Below, one piece after another: positions 26,008 through 39,317 of a stretch of 64,000 nucleotides of DNA (positions are counted from its first letter, which is position 1; each line of letters begins with the position of its first letter). Below the pieces are notes generated by a model. That model had not been told where the DNA came from. It saw only the letters and a list, made by a program, of their open reading frames with translations, and ran no database searches. Position numbers and translations under genes: made by a program. Source of the stretch: Chiloscyllium plagiosum (lineage: Eukaryota); the NCBI RefSeq assembly GCF_004010195.1, contig NC_057751.1, forward strand, positions 10,410,589-10,474,588, written 5' to 3'.

Positions 26008-26417
26008 TCACTCTTTTTTTTGATTATCTCTAACAATATTGAGGGTAATAAACAGTTGTGCTGCATAGTATGTACTCATGACAATTAGCTGGTTATGTGG
26101 AACTTGAAAACATAACAGGTTTATCGCCAAAGTGAAATCAGATACCATGAAAAGTACAGCTCCAATTGCGCCAGTCACCTTTGTTCTTGTTCTTGGATGA
26201 TGAAATAGCACTTCAGCATTGGCTCTCCAGGACATGATCCCAATCAAGGCGCAGTAACAGCAGAGCAGGAGCATCTGCCATACCTTTGAACACATGCTGA
26301 GAAAGATCCAACCCAACCCGACGACCAAGGCAACTAAACTCGCTGCTCGGAGATTCAGAGGCTTGAACCCAAAGGCCCACGTATACAAACAGTGGGCAAG
26401 AGCAAACATGGCCCCAC
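26008..26417 (-). CDS. TMEM86-family lysoplasmalogenase (YhhN family, TMEM86A-like), exon 3 (last)
   Basis: Acceptor tttaacttcag, phase 1; GAMFALAHCLYTWAFGFKPL...MSWRA...GAVLFMVSDFTLAIN...LIVMSTYYAAQLFITL* matches the TMEM86A motifs FAVTH, WRA, SD, MSTYYxAQ. Confidence 0.95.
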
Positions 26418-27070
26418 CTGAAGTTAAACAGAAGCAAAGTGAGAAACTCTGGTAAACAGTGAAGTGCAAGACTGAATTTGAAATGCCTTGTGACAGTATT
26501 TGTGCTGAAAGGACTACAAATGCAGGTTTTTGTTGTTCTCTGGAAATTTTCCACTCTCCACTACCTTCCAATTCAAAAACCAACAGCAACTCTTCCTGAC
26601 ATTCATTCAATTTCTAACTCTGGTTTTACTTCCCCATTTGTTCCATGAACTTGATTAAATGGACTTGATTCTTAAAATCCTTTTGCAAGTCCATATAGAC
26701 TACATCAGCTGTATAACTCTTGTTCTCTGTTTCCCCCAATCTGTCTCAAACAAATCCTCAAGAAAATGGATGATCCAATGACTTTCTTGATTTAATACAA
26801 ATTAAACCAGAGAGATTAAAGTAAGGGTAACAGCAGGACTGTCACAATAACTTTCTCTTGGAAAAGGGAAAGAGAATAGGCCAAGGTCTAGATCCTAACC
26901 TAGGAGCCCCTGCTTTGTTTAGATGTGTCTTCATCATGTAAAAATAGATTAATGCTCATGCATGATGCTTTCCACTGTTAACTCTCACTGTTCATGCTCA
27001 GAAAAGAGGTACTTGTGTGCAAAATGACACCTGACTCCAATGAAATTGCACCCAGAAATACTGAGCACCT

Positions 27071-30000
27071 TGTGATGATGCTCCTCCTTTAACAAGGTTA
27101 TGTTGTCCTTGGTTTATGTTTTAGAGGGGTCATAAATGCAGAATTGCTGAGAGTCTAGATTTGAAGGGTTTTAGGGCCAATTTGATAATAACTAACAGAT
27201 ACTGCCTCAGAAAAAAGGCTTTCAAGGTTTTAAACAAAACACTTGTGCAATGAAAGGGAGTGGCCAGTTCTTCCAGCTCAGCTTTTCTCTGGTTTGGTTT
27301 GTTTTTGGCAGTCTGGATATTCACTGAAAACAGTCAGTCGGGTTTTCAGGCTGCTGGTCCAAAAAACAGCTCCATGGAAGAAGGTGTTCCATGCTGAATC
27401 TCACTGCCATCTCTCTCTTTCCTGTAAGAACCTGTGTTTAATTTGCCCTTTGTGCCAAGATGTGTTTATGGGGATTGTTGCAGGAATTTGGAACAGCATC
27501 ATTAAGTTGGGATCATCTGTTGGGTTTTTGGATAGGTTAAGTTATTCTGCATTCTATTCTGTTTTGTTGGAGTTTCATTTGGTAGCTTTGCAAATAAATT
27601 CTGTTTTAGAATATAGAACATTACAACGCAGTACAGGCCCTTTGGTCCTCAATGTTGTACCGACCTGTGGAATCAATCTGAAGCCCATCTGACCTACATT
27701 ATTCCATTTTCATCCCTATGTTTATCCAATGACCATTTAAATGCCCTTAAAGTTGGCAAGTCTACGACTGTTGCAGTGTGTTCCATGCCCCTACTACTCT
27801 CTGAGTAAAAAGACTACCTCTGACATCTGTCCTATATCTATTGCACCCCAATTTAAAGCTATGTCCCCTCGTGCGAGCCATCACCTTCCGAGGAAAAAGG
27901 CTCTAACTGTCCACCCTATCTAACCCACTGATTATCATGTATGTCTCAATAAAGTCACCTCGAAATCTTCTTCCCTCAAATGAAAACAGCCTCAAGTCCC
28001 TCAGCCTTTCCTTCATATCAGGCAATATCCTGGGAAATCGTCTGTGAACCTTTTCCAAAGCTTTCACATCCTTCCCGGAATGCGGTGACCAGAGCTGTAT
28101 GCATTACTCCAAGTGCAGCCGTACCAGAGTTTTGTACAGCTGCAGCATGACCTTGTGGTTCCGAAACTCAATCCCTCTACCAATAAAAGCTAACACACCA
28201 TATGCCTTCTTAACAACCCTATCAACCTGGGTGGCAACTTTCAGGGATTTATGTACAAGGACACTGAGATCTCTCTGCTCATCTGCACGACTGAGAATCT
28301 TACCATTAGCTCAGTACTCTATTCCTGTTGCTCCTTCCAAGTGAATCACCTCACTCTTTTCTGCATTAAACACCATTTGCCACGAATCAGCCCAGCTCTG
28401 CACCTTATCTATGTCCTTCTGTAATGTCCAACATCCTTCAGCACGATCCTCAACCCCACAAACTTTAGTGTCATCCATAGATGTACTGACCCATCCTTCT
28501 ACACCCTCATGTAGGTCAATTATAAAAATGACAAACAACAGTGGCCCCAAAACAGATCCTTGCGGCACACCACTGATAACTAAACTCCAGGCTGAACATT
28601 TCCCATCAACCACCACCCTCTGTCTTCTTCTGATCCAAACCGCTAAATCACCCTCAATCCCATGCCTCCATATTTTGTGCAATAGCCTACCATGGGGAAT
28701 CCTATCAAACGCCTTACTGAAATTCATATACACCTACATCAACCGCTTTACCCTCATCCACCTGTTTGGTCAGCATCTCAAAGAATTCAATCAGGTTTGT
28801 GAGGAACGACCTACTCTTCACACAACCATGTTGACTATCCCAAATCAACTTATTCCCTCTCTAGATGATTATAAAGTCTAGCTCTTATAATCTTTTCTTA
28901 CACTTTACCCACAACCAAAGTAAGACTCACTGGTCTATAATTATCAGGGTTGCCTCAACTCTTCTTTTTGAACAAGGGGACAACATTTCCTATCCTCCAG
29001 TCTTTGGCACTATTCCTGCAGACAATGATGACATAAAGATCAAAGCCAAAGGTTCTGCCATCTCCTCTGTGGCTTCTTAGAGAATCATAGGATAAACCCC
29101 ATCTGGCCCTGGGGACTTAACTATTTTCACACTTTTCAGAATTGATAATACCTCCTCCTTGTGAACCTCAATCCCGTCTCGGCTAGTAGCCTGTATCTCA
29201 GTATTCTCCTCTATAACATTGTCTTTTTCCAGTGTGAACACTGATGAAAAATATTCATTCAGTGTCTCCCCCATCTCCTTGGACTTCACACAGAAGATCC
29301 TTGATTGGCCCTAATCTTTCTCTTGTCATCCTTTTATTCCTGATATATCCATAGAAAGCTTTACGGTTTTCCTTGATCCCATCTGTGAACAACTTCTCAT
29401 GTCCCCCTCTGGCTCTTATTAGCTCTTTCTTTCGGTCTTTCCTGGCTAACCTGTAACTCTCAAGTGCCTTAACTGAACCTTCATGTCTCTTCCTAACATA
29501 AGCCTTCTTTTTCCTCTTAACAAGGGATTCAACTTCTTCAGTAAACCACGGTTCCCTCACTTGACCACTTCCTCCCTACCTGACAGGTACATACATATCA
29601 AGGACATGCAGTAGCTGTTCCTTGAATAAGCTGCACTTTTCAGTTGTGCTCTTCCCCTGCAGTTTCCTTCCCCATTCGATGTAGCCGAAATCTTGCCTAA
29701 TCACATCATAATTACCTTTCCTCCACAATAACTCTTGCCCTGTGGTGTATACCTTTCCCTATCCATTAGTAAGGTAAACATAGCTGAATTGTGGTCACTA
29801 TCACCAAAGTGGTCACCCACCTCCAAAGACCCAGTACCAATTCCAATATGGCCTCGCCCCTTGTTGGCTTGTCGACACACTTTATCAGGAAGCCCTCCTA
29901 CACACATTTGACAAAAACTGACCCATCTAAAGTACTTCAGCTATCATATTTCCAGTCAATATTTGGAAAGTTAAAGTTCCCCATAACAACTACCCTGTTT

Positions 30001-30646
30001 CTCACGCTCTTACCCAGAATTATCTTTGCTATCCTTTCCCATACATCTCTGGAACTGTTCAGAGGCCTCTAGAATATTCCTAACAGGGCGACCTCTCCTT
30101 TCCTGTTTCTAACCTCAGCCCATATTACCTCAGTAGACGAGTCTTCAAATGTCCTTTCTGCCACCGTAATACTGTCCTTGACTAACAATGCCACACCTCC
30201 CCCTCTTTTACCATCTTATCTGTTCTTACTGAAACATCTAAATCCTGGAGCCTGCAACAACCATTCCTGCTCCCTGTTCTATCCTTGTCTCTGAAATGGC
30301 CACAACATTAAAGTCCCAGGTATGAACCCCTGCTGCAAATTCACCCACATTATTCTGGATGCTCCTGGCGTTGAGGTAGACACATTTAAAACCACGTTCC
30401 TGCTTGCCAGTGAACTCTTGCGACCTAGAAACGTCATTTCTGACCTCATTGCTCTCAACCTCCTGGACGCTGGACCTACAATTTAGGTTCCCATTCCCCC
30501 TTCTGAATTAGTTTAAAACTAAGTGGTTGGGCCAGCTGCATCATTCCTAGAATATCCACTTTACACTTGCTTAAAACAACCGGCAAAGTTAGGGTCTGAG
30601 CTACTTTCTTAAAATGTTTTGAGAGGATCTGGCCTGGTCCATAACA
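27071..30646 (+). mobile_element. Solo LTR (27071-27607 plus 30511-30646) split by a CR1
   Basis: TG...CA termini (tgtgatgatg...ccataaca), internal AATAAA, homologous to the uninterrupted copy at 33177-33753. Confidence 0.8.
27608..30510 (-). mobile_element. CR1 LINE with near-complete decayed ORF2
   Basis: EN (DHFGDSDHN), KSPGPDGVYP, RT YMNFSKAFDRIPH and [24 protein letters not shown] tail at 27608. Confidence 0.93.
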
Positions 30647-31130
30647 ACTGTCAGCCAAGAGAAGAAAATTTGCAAGAAAATGGAAGAAAAATTAATCATT
30701 CCAAATTTGTTAGGAGCTATCACAAGTATTTAGTTTTGGCCTAATTGAATAGATCTGTTTAAATTGGATTTCTGCGCTCACAGCCTTGGTGACTGATGTG
30801 AATGTGCCATTCTTTGATTGCTTTGTTCTTCATGTATTTCTTGCATCTCCTCACGCAATCCAAAAGCTGTAGAAGCGAATATTGTGAGGAACACTTTTTA
30901 GGTCGTGCTAATTTCTTTTCTTCAAGGGAAAATAATTTCATCTTATGGTTCATTAGGAACCTGACCATGATCTGAAGTCAATGTGATACAAATGACATTG
31001 GACTCCAACCCAACAGCTGCTGCCAGTTTGGAGGCAAACACATCACTACCCTGCTGCACGGAACCACCTTCTTGTGTTCTTTTACACAGTTAAACTGCAA
31101 CAAGATCTAAATTCAAGATAATGTGCTTAC

Positions 31131-31389
31131 CTCCAATTAAAAACTGATTGTCATCTTTAAGGAGAAACGCATCACCCATCGCTGAACATATGAGGCCCAT
31201 AAGTAGTTTTTGATGATTGCGATGATTGTATTGAAATATTTTGCATACAACAAATATGCATAAACTGATGATTGGCAAGATTTTCGTCAATCCGAGCAGC
31301 CAAAGAGGTGCAGATGATATCAAATGGATGATCGTATAGATGCAGACAGCAATGAAGAAAGGTACCAAATAAGCCAAGTCATTGTCAAC
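31131..31389 (-). CDS. TMEM86-family lysoplasmalogenase, exon 2
   Basis: cag|GTT...GGA G|gtaagc; 259 nt, phase 0-1; VDNDLAYLVPFFIAVCIY...TKILPIISL...GLICSAMGDAFLL matches TMEM86A LVPFF, KCLP and SAVGDAFL. Confidence 0.95.
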
Positions 31390-32044
31390 CTGCATGCCAA
31401 ACAAACATACAACTGATGACCATCTGTAACATTATGAATCTTTCTAGAATTATCACATGATCTTCTCATGTGTTGAGCCTTGTATTCATATTTGAGTTCT
31501 TAATATTTCAGAGTCTAATTTACTTGGGCTTCCATAGCTTAGTTTAGAGAATTGTTAAGTCCAGAATATTCCTAATTTTGTTACCATCTCCAACCCACCA
31601 CATGATTCCTCTGACCCCTTTGAGCCCTTCGACTATCATCTTAAATGTCTGTTCATTGTTTCTCAAACCCAGTTATTTCCTTTCTTGTATTTATCTCCTC
31701 TACTTGTGAGATGGCTTCACTTTTTTTTATTCATTCAGGGGATGTGGCGAGGCTAGCATTTATTTCCCATCCATAATTGCCAAGAGCATAGTTAAGAGTC
31801 AAACACATTGCTGTGGGTCTGGAGTCACATGTAGGCAAGACTAAGTGAGAATGACAGTTGTCTTCCCTAAAGGGCATTAGTGAGCCAGATGGATTTTTTC
31901 AAAATCAACACTGGTTTCGTGGTTATCATTAGACTCTGAATTCCAAACTTTTATTGAATGCAAATTCCACCAATTGCCACAGTGATGTGGTGGTATGTTG
32001 GCTCAGTGGTTAGCACAGCTAACAGCATCAGGGACCTGTGTCCT

Positions 32045-32500
32045 TTACCTATTGATATTCTTGGCTTTTTTGTATCCCATGTGGAGTTCCAAATCTTCCT
32101 CCATTGCTTAAGGTTCCTGCAAGAAGCTCAAGTACCTCATTGATTCCAAACTCAACCTTTACCTGAAAAACTTTCAACCTGACATCCTAAATATCCTCAG
32201 ATATGAGATATGGTTGAAGCCTTTTTCCAGTATCGATATGTTAGAGAATCATCACTTGCACCAGATAGTTTTCCAACATCAAAGTTCTCATCTGTGACTG
32301 TGAAAATTGAGACAGTAACATGTACAATTCTGCTCTGTGGTGTGCAAACACACATGTATGAAGGATGTGTGCCAGATACCATATTGGTGAGGCAATACAG
32401 GGCTATGAAGGTAGTATCCAGAATAGGCAGATGATATTAGTCAGCATGCAGCACTGATTTGATGCCAGGATTGCCATTTTTGATCTTGCTGTTCTGGCTA
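32045..32500 (-). mobile_element. Very old LINE RT C-terminal remnant (duplicated at about 42450-42930)
   Basis: Decayed YLG and RPILEY-like motifs in minus frames. Confidence 0.4.
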
Positions 32501-32991
32501 ATATCTTCTGTAATGCTGTGCTTTCACACTGGATATCTTTTGAGGCAGATCCTAATTGAAAGGGAAAACTGAAAAAGGAAACTGAACGGACCCATATAGT
32601 TTCTCAGGACACCAAGGCTGACATTGGGATGGGAAATGAAAACTATGTGGAACTACCTCAAACACCCTGGAATGAAAACTCAGTGGTGCCGAACAGGCAG
32701 GCTGAAGGAGATCCAGAACCCAAGAATAGGCAATCAGCTGTGAATCGAAGCTCAAATTATGTTGATTCTCGGATTCAGAGTGTCGGTGGTTATTTGACGT
32801 AATATTTCTTGTTTGCTTTGTTTCACTCTTGTATCATACTGTAAACTCTATTTGTTTTAAATTGTGGAATTTTGTGGCTTCATTCTTGCAGTAAACAATT
32901 TGGAAGATGATGCAGACATACTGCATTAAGTGACCTTCTTCAGCACTGGAACAATCCTGTGATTCTGTACTGTTGATGGTGTTGTGGTGAC

Positions 32992-34379
32992 CTCAGAGTA
33001 CAACATGATCGTGATCAGATGGGCCAGTGGGCTAAGGGGTGGCAAATGGAGTTTAATTTAGATGAATGTGAGGTCCTGCATTTTGGAAAGGCAAATCAGG
33101 GCAGGACTTACACACTTAATGGTAAGGTCCTGGTGAGTGTTGTTGAACAAAGAGATCTTGGAATGCAGGTTCACAGTGTGATGATGCTGCTCCTTTAACA
33201 AGGTTACTTTGCCCTTGGTTTTATCGAGAGGGGTCGTAAAGGCAGAGGTTCCAATATGTTGAGAAGCTTTTAAGTTTTTTTAAAACACTTATACAGTGAA
33301 AGAGGAGTGGCCAGTTCTCCCAATTCAGGGTTATTCCTGGTTTGGTTTGGTTGGGTTTTAGCAAGCAGACTGTTTGAAAGCTGCTGGGAAAAAAAGGTTC
33401 CCTGATTCAACAGAGGTTTACTGACTGACTCTCTCTGACATCTCTCCTGAAAGATGTCAGAAAGATGTCTCCTGAAATAACCTATGTTTGATTTTACCAT
33501 TTTTTGCCAAGGAGGTGTTTTTGGGATGTTGCAGGAAATTGGAACATCATTATGTTACGATAAAGTTGATTGGGTTTTCAGATAGGTTAAGTTATTTTAT
33601 ATTCTGTTCTCTTTTGTTCATGTTTCATTCATTAGTCTGTAAATAGATCCCTCCTGGAATATCCACATTACACCTCCTGAAAACAACTAGAAAGGCTAGG
33701 GTCTGGGCTGCCTTCTTGAAATGTTTGGAGGGGGGCTTACCAGGTCCATAACAATAATTCCTTGAAAGTGGAGGCTCAGGTAGCTAGGATGGTGAAGAAG
33801 GTGTTTAGTATGCTTTCCTTTATTGGCCAGAGCGTTGAGTATAGGAGTTGGGAGGTCTTGTTGCAGCTGTACAGGACATTGGTTAGGTCAGTTTTGGAAT
33901 ACTGTGTGCAATTCTGGTCTTCAGGAAGGATGTGAAACTTGAAAGGTACAGAAAAGATTTACAAGAATGTTGCCAGGGTTGGAGAGTTTGAGCTATAGGG
34001 AGAGGCTGAACAGGTTGGGGCTATTTTTCCTGGAACGTCGGAGGCTGAGGTTTATAAAATCATGAGGGGCAGGAATAGGGTAAATAGACAAGGTTTCTTT
34101 CCCTGGTTTGGAGGGCATAGGTTTAGGGTGAGAGGGGAAAATTTACAACGTGCCTAAGAGGCAACGTTTTCACGTAAAGGGGGTTGCATATATAGAGGAA
34201 GTAGGGAAGGCAGGTACAATTACAGCATTTAAAAGGCATCTGGATGTGAATATGAATAGAAAGGGATATGGGCCAAATGCTGCAAATGGGACGAGATTAG
34301 TTTAGGATATTTGGTTGGCGTGGATGAGTTGGACCAAAGGGTCTGTTTCTGTGCTGTACATCTCTGTGACTCTGTGACT
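32992..34379 (+). mobile_element. CR1 LINE, 5'-truncated, private to duplication copy A
   Basis: Empty site at about 43416 (ggtgac|tgttatc); WQMEFNLDECEV; TGACTC tail. Confidence 0.92.
33177..33753 (+). mobile_element. Solo LTR nested in CR1
   Basis: 577 bp with TG...CA ends, interrupting the CR1 sequence gttc-atag-ttccttgaaagtgg; 4-bp flanks acag/ataa fit a decayed TSD. Confidence 0.82.
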
Positions 34380-34559
34380 ATTAGCTTCATTGAAATCCTT
34401 TTGTGATGGAGCAGGCAAGATGTATAACAGCTCCCAGTGTGCATTCCACTGCTTTGTCAGAGAGGTGCCACGCTCTTCATGTCAAGTGAACTTCATTAAG
34501 CCTTGTTCTGAACAGAGAGAGGCAGGTGGAGTAGGCATGTAGCTTTGCCAAGTTAGAGA

Positions 34560-35712
34560 TCTACCCTTGTCCTTTTTCTTCCCTTTCCCACCAGTCCTTC
34601 CCCACTCTCATCTGCGATTCTTCTGACGCTTTACTTCATTTTAAAATTTCCATTTTTCAGACACCAACTGTCTTCACTTCACCGTGGATGTGCAATCCCT
34701 TGACACCTCCATCTGCCATGCGCATATTCTTCTGGTTTTCCACAGCTTCATAGTAATAATGCCTGAACTATCCAGCATACTTTTCCTTTGTCTGTCCTCA
34801 CTTTGAACAACTTGCTTAATTCCTCTAACCTTCTTCAGATCAAAGGGGTGGCCATGGCCATCGACATGTGCCCGTGTTCTGTCTCATTGTGGGGTACGTG
34901 GAACTTCCCTTGTTCAAATCCTACTCAGGTCTCCAACCACAACTCTTCTTTTGGTCTATCAATGACATCACTGGTGCAGTTTCCCTTTCTCATTTGGAAT
35001 TGGAAATAATTGTCAATCTCAATTCCAGTTTCCACCCCGCTCTCACCTTGACATTGGTCATTTTCTGAGTCCACCCTTCCCTTCCTCGACATCTGTGTTT
35101 CTATTTCTGGGGAGAGGCTGCTCACTGATTCCTATTACGAACCCACTGACTCCCACAGTTACCTGGACTATACATTCCTGTCACCCTGCTTCCTGAAAGA
35201 ACACTGGTTTCTCCCAGTTTCTCTATCTGCATCACAACTGTTCCAATGATGCCACCATCCTCAGAAATGTCCAGCTCCTTCCTCAAGTGAGGATTCTCCA
35301 CCACCGTGTTTGACAAGGCTCTTGCTGTTTTCTGACCCATTTTCCACACTTCTGCTGCCACCCTCTTCCCTCCCAGAACAGTGGTAATATCCACCCAAGT
35401 CTTCAGTTATGACCCCAGAACCTCCATATTCAAAAAATCCAAGGCTGCCATTTTCATTATCTTCGGTTGGATGTCATGATCAGACACATTTTTGCCTTGC
35501 CTCCTTTGTCAACATTTCACAGGGACCATTCCCTCCAGACAGTCTGGTCCATTCCTCCTCCACTCCCAAAACCTTCCCAAACCCCCATTGCACCTTCGCC
35601 ATGCAATTGTAGAAGATATAATACTTGCCTGTTTAACTCACCCCTCATCACAGTCCAAGGCCCAAACAGACCCTCCAGATGAAGCAGCAATTTACCTGCT
35701 CTTCATTCAATT
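34560..35712 (+). mobile_element. Penelope-like RT fragment (copy A)
   Basis: LTLNN...LQIKGVAM, FFWSIND (YIDD-like), LPFLDI and TDSHSYLDY motifs. Confidence 0.85.
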
Positions 35713-38700
35713 GAGGTGAAAGTGAGTACTGCAGATGCTGGAGATTAGTGCCAAGAGTGTGGTGCTGGAAAAGCACAGCAAGTCAGGCAGCATCCGAGGA
35801 GGAGGAAAATTGATGTTTCGGGCAAAGGCCCTTCATCAGAAATGAGGCTGGAAGCCTCAGGGATGGAGAAATAAATGGGAGGGGGTGGGGCTGGGGGGAA
35901 GGTAGCTGAGAGTGCAGTGAAGGTGATAGGTCAGAGGGCAGGGTGGAGCAGATAGGTGGGAAGGAAGATGGACAGAAGGGACGGGTCATGAGGATAGTAC
36001 TAAGCTGGCAGGTTGGAACTGGGGTAAGGTGGGGGGAGGGGAAATGAGGAAACTAGTGAAATCCACATTGATGCCCTGGTGTTGGAGGGTCTCAAGGCAG
36101 AAGATGAGGCGTTCTTTCTCCAGGCGTCGGGTGGTGAGGGAGTGGCAATGGAGGAGGCCCAGGGCCTGCATGTCCTTGGCAGAGTGGGAGGGGGAGTTAA
36201 AGTGTTCGGCCATGAGGCGGTGGGGTTGATTGGTGCGGGTGTCCCGAAGAAGTCCTCTGAAGTTCTGCGAGTAGGCATCCTGTCTCCCCAGTGTAGAGGA
36301 GACTGCATTGGGAGCAATGGATACAGTAAGTGACATGTGTGGAAGTGTAGGTGAAAGTTTGATGGATGTGGAAGGTTCATAGAACATAGAACAATACAGC
36401 ACAGAACAGGCCCTTCGGCCCACAATGTTGTGCCGAAAATTTGTCCTAGCTTAAGCACCTATCCATGTACCTATCCAATTGCCGCTTAAAGGTCACCAAT
36501 GATTCTGACTCTGCCACTCCCATAGGCAGCGCATTCCATGCCCCCACCACTCTCTGGGTAAAGAACCTACCCCTGACATCCNNNNNNNNNNNNNNNNNNN
36601 NNNNNNNNNNNNNNNNNNNNNNNNNNNNNNNNNNNNNNNNNNNNNNNNNNNNNNNNNNNNNNNNNNNNNNNNNNNNNNNNNNNNNNNNNNNNNNNNNNNN
36701 NNNNNNNNNNNNNNNNNNNNNAACATCACTTCACGACTTTTGAATTCAATCCCTCTGCTAATGAACGCTAATACACCATAGGCCTTCTTACAAGTTCTAT
36801 CCACCTGAGTGGCAACTTTCAAAGATCTATGAACATAGATCCCAAGGTCCCTCTGTTCCTCCACCTCACTAAGAACCCTACTGTTAACCCTGTATTCCGC
36901 ATTCTTATTTGTCTTTCCAAAATGGACAACCTCACACTTGACAAGATTGAACTCCATCTGCCACTCACATCATATCTAAGTCCCTTTGCAGCCGACAACA
37001 GCCCTCCTCACTATCCACAACTCCACCAATCTTCGTATCATCTGCAAATTTACTGACCCACCCTTCGACTCCCTCTTCCAATTAATAAAAATTACAAACA
37101 GCAGAGGACCCAGAACTGATCCCTGCGGAACTCCACTTGTAACTGGGCTCCAGGTTGAACATTTACCGTTTACCACCACTCTCTGACTTCGACCGGTTAG
37201 CCAGTTCTCTATCCAACTGGCCAAATTTCCCACTATCCCATGCCTCCTGACTTTCCGCAAAGCCTACCATGGAGAACCTTATCAAATGCCTTACTAAAAT
37301 CCATGTACACTACATCCACTACTCTACCATCATCCACATGCTTGGTCACCTCCTCAAAGAATTCAATAAGACTTGTAAGGCAAGACCCCCTCACAAATCC
37401 GTGCTGGCTGTCCCTAATCAAGCAGTGTCTTTCCAGATACTCATAAATCCAGTACCCTTTCCATTACTTTGCCTACCACCGAAGTAAGACTAACTGGCCT
37501 GTAATTCCCGGGGTTATCCCTATTCCCTTTTTTGAACAGGGGCACAACATTCGCCACTCTCCAGTCCCCTGGTACCACCCTCGTTGACAGTGAAGACGAA
37601 AAGATCATTGCCAACGGCTCTGCAATTTCCTCTCTTGCTTCCCACATAATCCTAGGATATATCCTGTCAGGCCCGGGGGACTTGTCTATCCTCAAGTTTT
37701 TCAAAATGCCCAACACATCTTCCTTCCAAACAAGTATCTCCTCTAGCTTAGCAGTCCGTTTCATACTCTCTCTTCAACAATACGGTCCTTCTCATTTGTA
37801 AATACTGAAGAAAAGTACTCATTCAAGACCTCGCCTATCTCTTCCGACTCATTACACAGTGTCCCACTACTGTCCTTGATCGGACCTACCCTTGTTCTCG
37901 TCATTCTCATGTTTCTCACATACGCATAAAAGGCCTTGGGGTTATCCTTGATCCTACCGGCCAAAGATTTTTCATGCCCTCTCTTAGCTCTCCTAATCCC
38001 TTCAGCTCCCTCCTGGCTACTGCTCTGTCTGAATCCTGTTTCCTCACCTTATGTAAGCCTCCTTCTTCCTCTTTACCAGACATTCAACCTCTCTCGTCAA
38101 CCAAGGCTCCCTCACACGACCATTTCTTTCCTGCCTGATAGGTACATACATATCATGGACACGTCGTATCTGCTCTTTGAAAAAGTTCCACATTTCCACC
38201 ACATCCTTCCCTGACATCCTATGCTCCCAACGTATGCTCCTCAAATCCTGCCTTACAGCATCGTAATTTCCCTTCCCCCAATTATAAAATCTACCTTGTT
38301 GTGCGCACCTATCTCTCTCCATAACCAAGGTGAAAGTCACAGAATTGTGGTCACCATCACCAAAATGTTCACCCACTAACTAGCCCATCACTTGTCCCGG
38401 TTCATTACCGAGTACCAAATCCAATATGGCCTCCCCTCTGGTCGGACAATCTACACACTGAGTTAGAAAAGCTTCCTGGACACACTGCACAAACACCGCC
38501 CCATCCAATCTACTTGATCTAAAGAGCTTCCAATCAATATTTGGGAAGTTGAAGTCGTCCATGACTACTACCCTGTGGCTTCTGCATCTTTCCAAAATCT
38601 GTTTCCCAATCTGTTTCTCCTCATCTCTGCTGCTATTGGGGGGCCTTTGGACGGAGGTGAGGGGGGAGGTGTGGGCGCAGGTTTTGCAATTCCTGCGGGG

Positions 38701-38880
38701 ACAGGGGAAGGTGCCGGGAGGGGAAGGTGGGCTGTCAGGGGATGTGGACCTTACAAGGTAGTCGCAGAGGGAACAGTCTTTACAGAAAGCGGATAGGGGT
38801 GAGGAGGGAAATATATCTCTGGTGGTGGGGTTTGTTTGTAGGTGGCGGAAATGGCGGAGGATGCTGCGATGTATACGGAT
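35713..38880 (-). mobile_element. Penelope-like element (35713-36377 plus 38646-38880) split by a CR1
   Basis: GIY-YIG region (YCIHCSQCSLLYTGET, MAEHFNSPSH) and GTFPCPRRNCKTC. Confidence 0.85.
36378..38645 (-). mobile_element. Young CR1 LINE (EN-RT-3' tail)
   Basis: Well preserved motifs [50 protein letters not shown] tail repeats. Confidence 0.94.
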
Positions 38881-39214
38881 GTAAGGCTGGAGCTGGGAGT
38901 TGGGGCAGAGACTGTAACTGGAGTGGGCGGTTTCCAACACGTGTTTGCAGTTTCCAACTTGTGACTCTTTATAAGAACTGAAAGCAACTTGGAGAAAATT
39001 ATATTTATGCTAAAGTCGAGGATGAGGTCATTGGCTAAGCAGATAGCTGAAGACTGAGCTCGGAGAAAGAGAAAGATACAAAAGGGATACACAGACAAGG
39101 GCGTTATTGATGTTAAGGAGAAAGTGAGGGCTGCATATGCTGGAGATCAGAGCTTAAAAATGTGTTGCTGGAAAAGCGCAGCAGGTCAGGCAGCATCAAA
39201 GGAACAGGAGAATC

Positions 39215-39242
39215 GACGTTTCAGGCATAAGCCCTTCTTCAG
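39215..39242 (-). ncRNA. Minimal hammerhead ribozyme core (PLE type)
   Basis: CUGAAGA-A-GGGC-UUAU-GCCU-GAAA-C-GUC within the terminal unit at about 39118-39247. Confidence 0.62.
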
Positions 39243-39317
39243 GAATGAAGAAGCAGAAGAGAAGCTGAACAAGTGAGAATGAGAATTGACAGTAGGAGGA
39301 AACCAGTTGGCTGTTCA

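Noticed and set aside
26418..26610. N-terminal extension of the 200-aa ORF (MNECQEELL...)
   Set aside because: Intronic read-through; TMEM86 homology starts at the AG acceptor at 26417.
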